DNA of 64,000 nt from the human T2T-CHM13v2.0 reference genome, Homo sapiens. Location of the stretch: NCBI RefSeq assembly GCF_009914755.1, contig NC_060932.1; one strand, 5' to 3'. Shown here piece after piece: positions 13,631-28,404 of the stretch. How positions within the stretch are numbered: the first letter of the stretch is position 1; every line of letters starts with the position of its first letter. The notes under the pieces are model-generated. The model made no database searches and was not told the origin of the DNA. It saw nothing but the letters and a program-made list of their open reading frames with translations. The translations under genes and the position numbers were made by a program.

Positions 13631-14214
13631 TGCAGTGTGTGACCAAGTGTTTCCATGTAAACTACAACTTTACAGGACTGTGTCTTTATACCCTAGAATC
13701 ACATACAACCAAAGAAAGGCTCACAATATGAGAGAAGTTGAGAAGAGAAACCGGAGAACAACCAGGAAAACAGCAGTTGATGTCTCCCGTCTCAGACTCA
13801 CTCTGGACATATATGCTCCTTCTGTGGAATGGCTGCTGGAATAAGCTGCATTGCATTATGTACACTGTCTTCCCCATGGGCTTTTAGCAAAATTCCTGTG
13901 AGTTCAATATGCATGTGAGAAAACCTCATAGTGATAGGAATCCTGGTCCTCAAAGCTGCTCAGTCTTCTACTTGCTCCACTGCACAAGGTCCACGAGTTG
14001 CCAGCAATGCACAGACTCAAGACCTCTCAGGACCTTTTCCTTCCATGGGCAGGTACAGGAGAATACAGAGAGATGAAAGTCAAGAGCCGTACTGAGACCC
14101 TGGGAATGTCAGCTTAGGCTAGTCATATCACTTTGTGTAATGAAGTCAGATTTTCATTTCTATCTACCCTTTCTCCTGTTTCTAAGTGTCCTCTTTGCAA
14201 TAAGATACCTATAG

Positions 14215-14773
<559 letters not shown>

Positions 14774-14869
14774 TCATTTTCCTGATTTTAATAGAGATCC
14801 CCAGGAATTTTCTTGTCCCAGATGGAGTCTTCTCATTTTTGCCTTGTGCCCCTCCCCTTTTGAGTCCTT

Positions 14870-15060
14870 ACTCTGCACTAATTCTGTATTAAGTGCATTC
14901 CATACCTTAAAATTAAATTCTCTCCACCCTAGGAAGCAGGTGTTATTATCCATACCTTACAGGGGAGGATGCTGACATGCAAAAGGGTTCATAACTTACC
15001 CTTGATCACAGCTGGGAGTGAAATGGGGGGACTCTACCCCAGAGCTTGCTGACCCTGAAA
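14870..15060 (-). mobile_element. MIR
   Basis: accctaggaagcaggtgttattatccatacctta...acttacccttgatcacagctgggagt. Confidence 0.7.
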
Positions 15061-15499
15061 CCCACCCCACTATCTTGTTTATCAACAATTGTACAGAAAG
15101 CTCTGTTGTGCTCCAGCCCTCCTGCCATCTGCCACTGACTAGTGCTGTCACCTCTGCCACTAGTCCCCTGCAGACAGACCCACCTGGCTCCCTGCAACAA
15201 GCACCAGGAGAGTGGCCAGCAATGCCCACTCCCACCACAACTCCATCTCAGGCTGAGACTGGCCAGCCCAGTGACAAGTGGTCTGCGTCTTTCCCGGGTC
15301 TGTCAACACTTTACAGTGTCTTTCTAAAGCAGACACAATGCCTCCTCGAGCCAGTGTTTCATTTCTTGATGGGAAGGAGTGCAGCCTTTAGCCTTGATCT
15401 GATCTATTCAATCACCTCAATTTCTCCCACAGCTCAGATCCTTTTCCTCCTGATACAGTGTCCAAAATAAATCCAATTTCTTTGCTGATCTGAAACTCA

Positions 15500-15800
15500 C
15501 ACCAAACTCCTTACTTCCAGGCATGTGAATTACCACAAATAGATCCCTTGGGTCTGTCCCAATTGAGCTACCTGACTCACGGTGCTGACAATTTCGTCTC
15601 TCGGAAAGAAAAGGATGTAAGAAAGGAGCTGCTACTCTGGACTTAATTCTGACCAACAAGGAAGAACAAACTGGTGAAGTAGAAGTGACGGGAACCTTGG
15701 GAGAAAGGGGCCATGTCATGCTGGAGGTTGCTATTGTGAATGAAAGGAACATTAGATAGAGTCAGATATGTCACTTTTGAAAAGGAGGCTTCAAAACAGT
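15500..15800 (+). mobile_element. CR1/L3 LINE ORF2 fossil, endonuclease C-terminus
   Basis: 15628-15738 translates AATLDLILTNKEEQTGEVEVTGTLGERGHVMLEVAIV, the CR1 LDLILTN...GxLGxSDH motif. Confidence 0.85.
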
Positions 15801-16219
15801 CACACGCACCTGGTGCCATGGATAGACTGTAGAAACACAGCGATCATCTCTCCAAACCCAAAATCATGATGTGTCATAGGACAAAAGATTTTATATTGCA
15901 GCCGGTGCAATGAGCACTCCGAGAAGAAGCAGCCTACGTTTCAAAACAGTGCTTCTAAACATATGCCAGTGGCCTATGGGAATAGCAGTCAGACTATCTG
16001 AACATTGATGTCACTTTCTATAACACTGGAATACCAAAAGAAACATTGGGAAGCCCTAGAACAAGAAATTCTCAGAATGCAAGTTTAGTGGATGCCAATT
16101 AAAAAGACATAGAGACATCTAAGGAAAACCCAAAGTGTCTGTACATGGAGCTCTTTGATGAACACTGATTTCAAAATGATGGGGAAAGGGAGCAGAAGGA
16201 AGGGATGAGAAGAAGGATG

Positions 16220-16420
16220 ACTTCAGCTGAAAAGCATAGAAGGCACCCACTCAAATTAACTTAAAAGGAAGGAAAGGTATGACACCCTGGAAGTTCATCA
16301 GGCAGGTGGGCTCCTGGCATGGGTGGAGAGAGCACAAGATCCATTTCTCTGTGACTCCTTTGCTCTTGCCCTTTCCTGCGTGTTGGCTTCATCCTCAGGC
16401 TGCACAAAGTTGGACAACAG
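16220..16420 (-). mobile_element. Old MLT1-type LTR fragment
   Basis: ccactcaaattaacttaaaagg...tgttggcttcatcctcaggctg. Confidence 0.55.
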
Positions 16421-16422
16421 GG

Positions 16423-16793
16423 TCTCCGTCAGTTTGAGCTGCTATGATAACTTACCATAGTTTGGGTGGCTTACACAACAATTTATTTCTGATAGTTCTA
16501 GCAGTTGGGAAGTCCAAGGTCGAGGTGCCAGCAGATCCAGTGTCCAGTGAGGGCCTGCCTCCTTATTTGCAAATAGCTGCCTTCTTGCTGTGTCCTCACA
16601 TGGAGGGGGAGAGCAAAGAGAAAGAAAGCAAGCTCTTTCCTGTCTCTTCTTATAAGGGCACTAATCTCATCGTGAGGGCTCCACCTTCATGACTAATTAC
16701 CTCTGAAACCCCCAACTCCTACCATGCATTCCATTGGAAGTGAATATTTCAACATATGAATTTAAGGTGGACGCAAACACACAGTCCATAACA
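16423..16793 (-). mobile_element. MLT1A-type solo LTR
   Basis: gggaagtccaaggtcgaggtgccagcagatcc...ttcaacatatgaattt...cacagtccataaca. Confidence 0.9.
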
Positions 16794-16899
16794 TGTGGTC
16801 ATCCCTACATCTATCATTGGCAAAAGCTGTTTTATAAAATCATAGTAGAATAATCTTCTAGGATTTAAGGGACATTGCAAAATCAGCCAAAATAATCAC

Positions 16900-17415
16900 T
16901 ACAAATGGGCACATCACCAGGGAGAAATGCCAGAGGAGTATATACCAAAAAGAGCAGGCTCTACAGGTCACAGCTAATAATGAGCTATGGTGACACTGGA
17001 AAGGACAATGCGAATGGTTACCCAGATACATTTGTACTAATGGGAGAGGAACACTCTGCTTGGGGCAGACAGTGCAATGTCAACCAAACGCTGCAGACGA
17101 GCATTGCCACTCAGTCACTGTTTTGCCTCTGTCTTTGTTGGAAAGACAGAGCAAACATCAGTCAGAAGACATTGGTCAGGGGATGGGGTAATAAAGGCAT
17201 CCCCAGCTGTTCTCAATGAGTTCTGGGTTTAGATTCCAGCCAATTTCATCACAGAGCACTGAAACAACTTGCCATTGGGTGTATTGGACCTCTACTAACG
17301 TATTTAAAGAATCAAAAATAAAGGCATAAGTTGCTTAATTTTCTAAATCATTTCAGGAAAAGATACATTCTGGAAATCCATTGACATGAACCACCAACTT
17401 CAATGTTTCAGTAAT
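16900..17415 (+). mobile_element. CR1/L3 ORF2 fossil, pre-RT region
   Basis: 17110-17136 LSHCFASVF and 17238-17273 SQFHHRALKQLA correspond to CR1 LNxFFASVF and DxxHPRVLKELA. Confidence 0.65.
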
Positions 17416-17419
17416 TTTC

Positions 17420-17575
17420 TCCCTCACTGTTAAATTCTCCTTCTGCCCTTATTCTTTCCAAATGATTTACAAAAATGCCCTGATATCTCCCATTCTTTAA
17501 AAACCTTCATTTTGTCCTTTGTCCCTGTCCAGTTAACATTTCATTTCTATGCTCCTCTTGAGGGCCAAGCTTCTG
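17420..17575 (+). mobile_element. L2 fragment
   Basis: tctcccattctttaaaaacc...catttctatgctcctcttgagggccaagcttct. Confidence 0.55.
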
Positions 17576-18941
17576 GTGGGGACTGATGACGGTTTGTCAC
17601 CCAGAGGGAAGGCTATGAATGACCCTGGCTCCCTCTGGGGCCTCCAGGTGCAACGAACCCTGCCCTGCTGCCTTTCCCAACAGGAGCATGTGACTTCCCT
17701 GAGCACCTAGCATCCGGGCTCCAACGAGACCACATTTTACAAAAGCCAATAAAAAAGAAGAGAGGTAGGGGGTGGCATCCCTCTCCTTGGCACATTCTAG
17801 GATCCCGATAGACTGAAGTACTACATGGCACAGCTGCAGAACCTCTGCCCATGAATTCTGGCTTTCCTGAGCTCTTCACTTGACCCAGAGTTTGGCTAAA
17901 GTCCATTGTGTAGGGTTTGCTAAGTTACAATAAGGAGTTTGGATTTTATTCATTGTGCAAAGGGAAACCATTGAAAGGTTTTGAGCAAGGAAGTAACACA
18001 ATCCAATTTACGTTTTGAAACTCACACTTTGCTTGCTGTATGGGAATGGGTTGTATGAGAACAAGTCAAAGCAGAAGATCCAGTTGGAAGGCTGTTGAAT
18101 TAGCCCAGATGAGAGAAAGTGGCTGGGCAAGAGAGTTCATGCTGGGAATGGAGAGCAGTAAACGAATTCTACATACCTAGGAAGTAGAAATAATATGAGT
18201 TACTAATTGATTGGATGTGGGACATTATGTGGAGGAAGAACTCAACCATAATGCCCAGATATCTCACTGGAGCCACTGTCCAAGCCAGGCGTCTGGGCAT
18301 CATGGGGTCCTAAGGGGGTTCCATTTACATAGACGGGGAGAATGAAGAAGAAATCATTTTAGGAGAGAAAAGAATGGGTTCCCCTTTGGCAATGTGAAGT
18401 TTGAGATTATCTGTAAGATATCCAAATGGAGATGTTAGGTTGGCTGTAGGAGGTATCAATATGGAGTCTAAAAGAGGGGTTGGGGGTAGAGATACAAATT
18501 TTGGAACATGCATTGTTTAGATGGTATTTAAAACCACGGATTGAGGAGAGTATAGAGAGATGAAAGTCAAGACCAGTATTGAGACGCTGGGAATGTCAAC
18601 ATAGGTCAGAAGAGAAGAGAGAGTGAGCGAGCAAGACTGAGAGTAAGCGAGCAAGACTGACAGAGAGAGAGAGAGATAGAGAGAATAGAAGACTGACCTC
18701 ATGGAGTAAGAGGAGATCCCAGAGCGTGAGGATTTGTGAAAGTCAATAGAGGAGCAAGTCCTGGTAGCCACATGTAATACCAGTAAGACTCAGAGAAAGT
18801 GGGACAGAGAAGTGAGCAGCACATTTTAGAATTCAGATGTCAGACACCTTGACAGCAACAATTTCAGCACTGGGAGCCAGAACCAACTTTAGGTGGGTAG
18901 GTGTGAAGTGAATAGAGGAGGAAAAACAGGAATAGTATATT

Positions 18942-19750
<809 letters not shown>

Positions 19751-20029
19751 TGTAGATTTTTGAGAGAAGTTTGGCCCTAAAGAGAAGCATAGAAATGAAA
19801 TGTTAACTGGAAAGGGGCAAGAGACTAAATGAGGATTTTTAAAGAATGAGAGGTATCAGGGCATTTTTGTAAACCATTCAGAAAGATGAAAGAGAGAAGG
19901 AGAGTTCGACAGTGAAGGAGGGAATTACTGAAAAATTGAAGTTGCTGGTTCATGTCAACGGATTTCCAGGATGCATCTTTTCCTGAAATCATTTAGAAAA
20001 CTAAGCAGCTTGGCTCCCACCAGGCAGCA

Positions 20030-20465
20030 CGGGGAGAGTCCTGCTTGGTGCTCACAACATATCCTGCTTGTGTCTGCACACTCTCCAGCCCCAGTTCAGG
20101 ACCCACCTCCTCAGTCACAATGCTGCAGCTCCACCAGCAACTAGTCTCCTTTCAGCTCTCCAGCACCAAGCCACCAGCCCCCACCCCACCAGGTATCACC
20201 ATACCTGCTGTTCCCTCTGCCTGGGGTGCTCTATCCCAGACTTTCCTCATGACTGGCTTCTTCACATTCCTCCATACACCAGCTGAAATGTCAGCTCTTC
20301 AAAAGTCCTTTCCTAACCACCTCCATTATTCGCTACTCTGCACCATTTGATTTCCTTCATAACAAGTATCACTGCATGTTCTTTCTACTCATTCCTTTGT
20401 TTCTTTGCTTAAGGTCTGGCTCTCATGAGATTACATACGCCATGAGGGTAAGGATCGTACCTTTT
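20030..20465 (+). mobile_element. L2 fragment
   Basis: cctgctgttccctctgcctggggtgctct...ggcttcttcacattc...aaatgtcagctcttcaaaagtcctttcctaaccac. Confidence 0.75.
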
Positions 20466-20597
20466 GCTTTCTGAAATGATAATATTATGGCAGAGAATGT
20501 TTTAAAACAACATTCTTTTTATTTTTTGCAAAATTACCAGTTGAAAAAAGAACTCCTGTTTGTATGACCCCCCTCATTCTTTTTATTTTTATTGATT

Positions 20598-20768
20598 TTT
20601 ACTGATCCACTAAATTAAAATTTCTAGAATCTTAATTAAGATCTTTACTGATTGACTAAGTAAAAATTTCTGGAATCTTTATTAAGATCTTTACTGATCC
20701 ACTAAACTAAAATTCCTAGAATCTTTATTAAGATCTTTACTGATCCACTAAGTTAAAATTTCTGGAAT
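20598..20768. repeat. 46-bp minisatellite, about 3.7 copies
   Basis: actgat recurs at 20601, 20647, 20693 and 20739; unit tttactgatccactaaattaaaatttctagaatcttaattaagatc. Confidence 0.95.
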
Positions 20769-20769
20769 A

Positions 20770-21457
20770 ATCAAGGCTAGACTATAGTACATTTTGGTGT
20801 GTTTATTGTCTGGGCAAATAACCTAGCACAAAAAAAGTAAATAAATTAATGGATGAAACCTGTATGAAGGGCATAAGGAGCTCATGGTCATAAAACATTT
20901 CTTGTTCACCATCATATTCCCAACATGTAAGGCAGGTTGCCCAGCAGGTATTAGGTATTTAATAAATATTTGTTGAATTAGTGAGACTAATGAGTCATGC
21001 CTCAAGAATCTGTTTCTACCCCTTCCTTGTCCAACATTTTTATCAACATTGACCCAACTCTGTTCAATATTTTTATCAATAAATTGAATAAAGACATGAA
21101 TGGTAAGTCTCTCAAATTTACAGACAATACAGAACTGGGAAGATAATACAGTGAATAAGAAATCAAGATTCAGCCAGGCACCATGGCTCATACCTTTAAT
21201 CCCAGCACTTTAGGAGGCCAAGGTGGATAGACCTCTTGAGTCCAGGAGTTTAAGACCAGCCTGGGCAACATGGCAAAAACCTGTCTCCACAAAAAAATTT
21301 AAAAACTAGCCAAATCTGGTGGTATGTGCCTGTAGTCCCAACTACTCCAAAGGCTGAGGCAAGAGGATCACTTGAGCATGGGAGGTGGAGGTTGCAATGA
21401 GTGATATCACATCACTGTACTCCAGCCTGGGTGACAGAGCAAGACCCAGTTTCAATA

Positions 21458-21500
<43 letters not shown>

Positions 21501-21620
21501 AGAGAAAACAAGATTCAAGACCTTGTCAGGTTAGAATAATGGGTTGAGCCCAACATGATAAAATTAAGTCATTCTTTAGGTTCAGAAGATAAATTACACA
21601 AGAGTGACATGTTATAATAT
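20770..21620 (+). mobile_element. CR1/L3 ORF2 fossil, RT core, split by an L2 tail and an AluJ
   Basis: 21048-21143 IDPTLFNIFINKLNKDMNGKSLKFTDNTELGR (CR1 LGPVLFNIFINDL..KFADDTKLG); after the Alu DLVRLE*WVEPNMIKL. Confidence 0.8.
21172..21500 (+). mobile_element. AluJ with (TAAA)n tail
   Basis: cttgagtccaggagtttaagaccagcctgggcaacatgg; TSD-like aaatcaagattca/aaaacaagattca. Confidence 0.95.
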
Positions 21621-21685
21621 GATTTAATACATAGTGGCTCCTTCTACTGGTTTAATGAATTACTCGAAAAAATGATACTAGGAGA

Positions 21686-22760
<1,075 letters not shown>

Positions 22761-22769
22761 AGATGGAGC

Positions 22770-24465
22770 CCAAGGGTGTGAGATAAGCAGCAAAACCATA
22801 AGGATGATGGAAGGAGGTGACTATTGTGAGTGCCGTTGACATGTTGAAGAGTGTTGGGGCTCAGAAAACAACACCCCAAAATGAAGGACTTCAAAGCAGC
22901 CTTAGAAGCAAAAGTGTTTCTCTGACCTTCTCCCGCCTTCATGTCTCTCAGTCCCATTCTACCCCAAGGCTAACTATAGAAATTAGAATTCCTCCTTCCC
23001 GAGGTGGGCCATAGAAACCAGGACCCCTTTTCCCAAAAGCCAGCCACAAAACCTAAAAATATTACTCTAACTTTCCCCATGCCTTTCCATATAAAAACTG
23101 GTCATAAAGAAATTATCTGACCTACCTTGTTTGGCTTTAGGTCATAAGACCCCCATTCCAGAGAGGGTCCTGTCCCATACCCAGAAGAGAGCAATGCTGC
23201 TCAGAAACACCAGGAAGGATCTAGACAGACAGGCCTTTCTGGCTTTCCCCACCCACTCTGTTTGAATTAGATCATGCCCTGTTTGTCTAACCATATTTCT
23301 ACACGATTGTCCATATTTGTTGAACCTAGGCATAAAAATGGACAATTTCTCCTACAATGTTTGGGTCCTCATTCTGAAAGCTCCTGTGTGTACACATTAA
23401 ATAAATTGTTTGCCTTTTCTCCAATTAATCTGCCTTTTGTGAGCTGATTTTTCAGTGAAACTTCAGAGGGCAAAGGGGAACTTTCTCTATGATCCCTACG
23501 AGAGCAGTGTTGACATGCTTAGTGAGATTCATCACCAATTCCAGAAAAAAAGTGAAAGCCAGAGGGTCTCCTTAGCAGGGTTTAAGAAACCCCTAATGTA
23601 CTGCAGTTGCTGGGCAGACAGAGTAGAGAACAGGGATCGGGAGCTCAGAAGAGATGCAGAGGAAGTCGAATCCCCAGTCCGGCAAGTCTTTTATGCAAAA
23701 GTCAGGGCTCTCCTTGGGAAGGTTTGGGACCCTGAGACTTGGGATGAGGGATATGAATATTTACATTTGAATATCTTTAACACCCAGCTTCCCCAGAACT
23801 TGCTAGGCATGCAAAGTGGCCCATACTGTTAGAAGATAGTGAATCCCCCTTGCTTAAAGACCAGGCAAGAGCCTCCAATGAGTCTGGTGCCTTATAATAC
23901 TTACTCCTCTCAGGATCTACCCCACCTCCCCTCCCATCAGCCAGACCAAAAAATCAAATCACATAACTGGCAGAACCTCCAAGAGGTCCATCCTACTGAC
24001 TATAGAGAATGAGCAAGCTGTGGCAAGTACAATGGAGGCCTCAGTAAGATAAACCCTTCTACGATTCAGGGACAAGATAGATCAGTAAGGTTTTTATAGC
24101 CAGGGATTTGAGACAGGCCTGATGCCCTCAAAAGTAAAGGACACATGATTGTATTTCATAATGTTCCTAAGAAAAAAGCACAACCTGTTTATGAGCCTCC
24201 TTGGGTTCAAGAAACTGCATGTGCAACCTATTTGTTGGGTGACACAGAAGCCTATAAGCTCTCAGTGGTGCCTGGAGCAGGAAAGGGCTCTGCAGCAGGT
24301 TAAGGCTGCAGCACCAGCAGCTCTTGCTACTTAGGCCATATGACCCCATAGAAGCAAGATCTCTGGAAGCAAGGCCAAAGAGAGTCCTGAAGCAGCTATT
24401 TCTGGGTGGAGTGAACTTACCCCAAGAAGCAAGTGTATATGAGCAGCGTGAGGGGTGGCTTGCAT
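22770..24465 (+). pseudogene. ERVL-class internal remnant (gag and pol fragments; HERV16/ERV3-16A3-like), interrupted by MER39
   Basis: YAKVRALLGKVWDPETWDEG (ERVL gag motif) in ORF 23455-23832; QWCLEQERALQQVKAA..PYDP (ERVL pol) at about 24230-24350; PPT-like gaggggtgg before the LTR. Confidence 0.8.
22852..23500 (+). mobile_element. MER39-type ERV1 solo LTR
   Basis: Begins tgttggggctcagaaaacaacaccccaaaatg, ends gatccctacg; 4-bp TSD agag at 22848-22851 and 23501-23504. Confidence 0.85.
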
Positions 24466-24870
24466 GGATATTGTGTTGCCCCACCAGCTTCCCTCTATTA
24501 GGCCAAGGTACTCAGCCCACAGCTGCTAGAAGGCTCAAAGGGCTGCTAAGGGCTCAAAGCTGTGTCCCTCAGTGAGAATCACCTTTAGCCCCAAGAAACT
24601 TCATCACTCAGAGACCAGCCTATTACCAATGAGGGTCTGGAGTAATAAGGAAAAACAAAGGCTTGGCCCTCCTTCCTCAATTCAGAACAATTTGGAAGGG
24701 TTGTCTAGCTCCAGAGCTCCAGGTGGGATCTGCTAAGACCTCAGTCGCAGCCACACCACAGGTGAGCTTTCCCTCTACCCATTTCTGCCTTCCTCTCTTC
24801 CATAGAGGGGTAGCCCCAAGAGCACTGCGCCAAGCCCACTGCACACAACTTTCCCCGCAGAACCTGTTAT
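24466..24870 (+). mobile_element. LTR16-type ERVL 3' LTR
   Basis: ggccctccttcctcaattcagaacaatttggaagggttgtctagctccagagctcc...ctctacccatttctgccttcctc. Confidence 0.7.
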
Positions 24871-25188
24871 AGGCCATGTGACCACAGATGACAGTTCCTA
24901 TGACCTTGTCTGTAATCATGACTATATCCATGATTTCCATTTTGTTTTGCATGATTTCTTCAAGACACCAAGTCATTGTTTTCTGTTTTCATTCTAGTTT
25001 TATGGCCTTTAATGTGGTTTTCGTCTCTGTAATGTTTTTGCTTCATCTTTCATTTTCTTCAAGAGCTCTACTAACTTAAATGCCATTTCTTTCTAATTAT
25101 TTTTTCTTTGACCCATCTATTTCTTTTTGAGCTCTTTTTAAGAACAGTGATATCATATGTAATGTCTGTAAGAATTTGGAAAAATACT

Positions 25189-25265
25189 CAAGTTGGGCCG
25201 TGTGAAATTGTATTTTTGTGAGTCAAAAATGGTCACATATGGACAATTTCGTACGGTTCAACTTA
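25189..25265. mobile_element. MADE2 mariner MITE
   Basis: Palindromic aagttgggccgtgtgaaattg...caatttcgtacggttcaactt. Confidence 0.8.
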
Positions 25266-25607
25266 ACATTTATTTATCTGAAGTTTTTCTGTAGTTTCTG
25301 GTTCCTTCCCCTTGTCATGTATGTTTTTCATTTCTTTTTACTTCATCTGTCTTCCCTCTCTATCCCATCCCCACTTTATTTACCACTTCCATGCAAAGAT
25401 CCTATATTTGTTTCCTTTTCTAAAATAATGTTATATGTGAATGAAGTTCATTATGTGCTAGAGTAATGTCAGAGGAGGTAAGGAAAGGAGTTGGGACCCT
25501 CTCAGTACACTTTTGGGCACACTGTGAAAGATTTCTTCTCCCAAATCTGGAATTTCTTCTTCCCTGGGAGCATGTTCACCCTCAACTTTAGGTGCTTAGT
25601 AGATCCA

Positions 25608-26005
25608 TGTAGCTCACACACATTTAGTTCACTAAAAGCAAAGCCCTGGAAACGAATTCTTACACAAGGAACTTGTAAGGGACTGAGGGATATTGGCTAC
25701 AGCACAGGAAGAAGCTAAGCAAAGATGAAGTTCCAGCTGAAGCCTCGCCTCAGGCTGATCTTTCAGGGAGCTCTGGACCATACATAATATCACAGAACTG
25801 CTCACCATGAGTTTCCCTTATTAGCCAGCCATGAGCTGGAGCCGCCACCCCATGCCCAGGGGCAGGATTGTAACCTATCAGGCATTTCTAGAGGAGGCAG
25901 CTCATCATATTGCGGGATATTCTCTGGAGAAGGGAACCATTGCGCTCAACACACCAGCAGCTGCAGGATGGATGCTCTGGCTGGAAACAGGAGTCTGGGC
26001 TTTCT
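25608..26005 (-). mobile_element. ERVL LTR (LTR33-like)
   Basis: ggaagaagctaagcaaagatg...gctgatctttcagggagctctgga...caggcatttctagaggaggcagctc. Confidence 0.6.
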
Positions 26006-26898
26006 GTCCTGCCTCCTGTCCCTCTTCCAGCCTGCTATGTCTCAGGCAGTCGCCCTGGGAGAGGTGGCCAGACATCAAGAACTTGGTAATAGAAATGCCC
26101 TGCCTCCTTGGGTCTCCTTCCGCTCCCCGCTGCGTTCCCTCTCTGCAGTCACACATTCTGCTCTCCAGGGACATTTGCACCTCTCCTGGGGCCAGGCCAC
26201 ACCGCTTGTTCTCATGGTTTTAACCAAAATATCATTACCATGGTCTTTTACATGGAAGTACTTGTCTTTGGGGAAGTCTGCATCCTGCTTATAGCCCAAG
26301 GTGGCATGTGTCAGCTTCAGGCATGCTTCCTCTGCTTGGACCAGTGTCTGGTTTTTGACAGGTACACTCCATAGTTTCCTGTCCAGGGTTTGTCAGTTGC
26401 CTTGCATCCTTATTTGTGATGTGCTTTTTCTCTTCTCCTTTCTGAAATTTTTCAGAAGCACTTGGGAAAGGTCAAGGGCAACACTTACAGTCATAAATAG
26501 AAAGTTTCTCCATAGACTCTTTTTTCTCTTTTGTTCAATGGGAACTATATCATATACACAAAGTACTGCATATAAAATACATGTAAGGTTTAAAGAATGA
26601 AACTAATAAAACAATGTAATACAATAACCTGTATCACTATGCAGATGAAGAAACAGAGCATAGCCATTGCCTTCTAAACCCCATAAGTGCCAACTGGTGG
26701 AGGGACACTCGTTTTGAATTATATTTATTCAAACTACTATTTTGAATTATATGTTACTACTACTATTTTGAATTATATTTGACATTACTCTTGCTTTGCT
26801 TTATAGTTTTATCAGGTGTGTCTGTAATTCCTAAATGAAATCCTGTTTAGTTTTTCCTGACTTTCCTCTATATAAATAGAATTGTACCCTATTTATTC

Positions 26899-27046
26899 TT
26901 CTGCAAATACTTCCCAGATTCCATAGTATAGTTTTGAGATTCCTTCATATTCAGCACTTGGCTGTATTCAACTTCATATTCAGCTGAGTGCTGAATATGA
27001 AGAAATCTCAAAACTATACTATGGAACCTGGGAAGTATTTGCAGAA
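26899..27046. repeat. Near-perfect inverted repeat (60-bp arms, 28-nt spacer)
   Basis: 26899-26958 versus the reverse complement of 26987-27046: 58/60 identical. Confidence 0.95.
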
Positions 27047-28404
27047 TATACTCCTTGTGTCACTGTGTAGTATTCCCTTGTGTGACTATACCAAAAAATG
27101 TATTTCTCTATCTTGCTGTTGCATTATTTGCATTATTTCCAGCTTTCTAGTATTAAGAACAGTGCTGCTGATAACATTGTTATGTCTTTCTCCTGATGCA
27201 TAATTGCAGGAATTTCTCTAAGTTATGTGTCTATGAGCAGAGTTGCTGGATCACAGGGTATTCACATTTTCAACTTTACTGGATAATGCAGTTGTTTCTC
27301 AAAGTGGCTGTGTCAGTTTATACTCCCACCAAAAGTGCAGAAAAGTTTCCTTTGTTCCACCTCCTTACTGACTTCCACATCCTTAACTTGGTATTTTGAG
27401 ACTTTTTATTATTGTTTATCTAGACAGTAAGAAATTATATCACATTATTATTGCAATGTGGATTCCAAGATGACTATAGTAGCTGAACAACTTTTGACAT
27501 GTTCATTGGCCATTCATGCTCTCAATGGTGAAAGTTCTACTCATCTCTTTTGTTCCACTTTCTTTTGGGCCATTGGTCTTTTCTGTATTTACTCACAGTT
27601 TTTTATTAGATTCTGGACACTGAGCCAGTGTCAGTTACATGTGTTGCAAATCTCTTCTCTCAGTCTGTGGCTTGTCTTTCTAGTCTCTGATGTCATATAA
27701 TAGCTAGATGTTATTAATTTTAATTTACTCTGATTTTGCAATCTTTTATTTATTGTTAGGGTGTTTTTGTGTGTGTGGCATGTTTAAGAAATAACTACCC
27801 TAAGGTCTTCAAGATATTCTTTCACATTTTCTGCTAAAAATCTTAAACTTTTATCTTTCATTTTTAAGAACTTTATCAATCTGGAATTAATTTTTGTGTA
27901 TGGAACAAAGTAGGGATCCATTTTCATATTTTTTAAGTCTGGATAAATAGTATCATGTTCTGAAGAGCCTATCTTTTCCCTACTGATATACTCTCACCTG
28001 TCAGTGTCCACATATGCATGGGTCGATTTAGAAGCTCTTAATTGCATTCCATTGGTCTATTTTTCTATCCCTGTGCCAAAGCCTCACTCTTTATTTCTGG
28101 ACCATTAACATTTTATGCTGTTGTCTGATAGGACAACTATCCCTCTCCCCTCTTATTCTTACTTTTCAGGAATGCATTGGCTCTTCTTGACCTTTGGCTT
28201 TTCCATATAAATTTTGAAATTAGCTTATCAGTTTCCATGAAAATTCTGTCAGGATTTTCATGGGAACTCCATTCTATGTATATTAATTTTGGAAGAATTG
28301 TTATTTCAAATAATCTTATTTACAATCATGGTAAGTCTCTATTTTTTTCAGACCTTTTGGATGTCTTTCAATAAAGTGGCATAATTTTCTCCAAAAAGAA
28401 AATT

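Larger units (their letters stand above)
24900..26505 (-). mobile_element. Very old L1/HAL1-like 5' region (fragmentary)
   Basis: T-rich antisense LINE texture; weak recognition only. Confidence 0.35.

Noticed and set aside
20598-20768. Regular AT-rich repeat array superficially like CRISPR
   Set aside because: Units are head-to-tail with no unique spacers, there are no cas genes, and the DNA is primate.
25189-25265. Hairpin resembling a novel pre-miRNA
   Set aside because: Explained by the terminal inverted repeats of a MADE2 MITE; the same applies to MADE1 at 56611.
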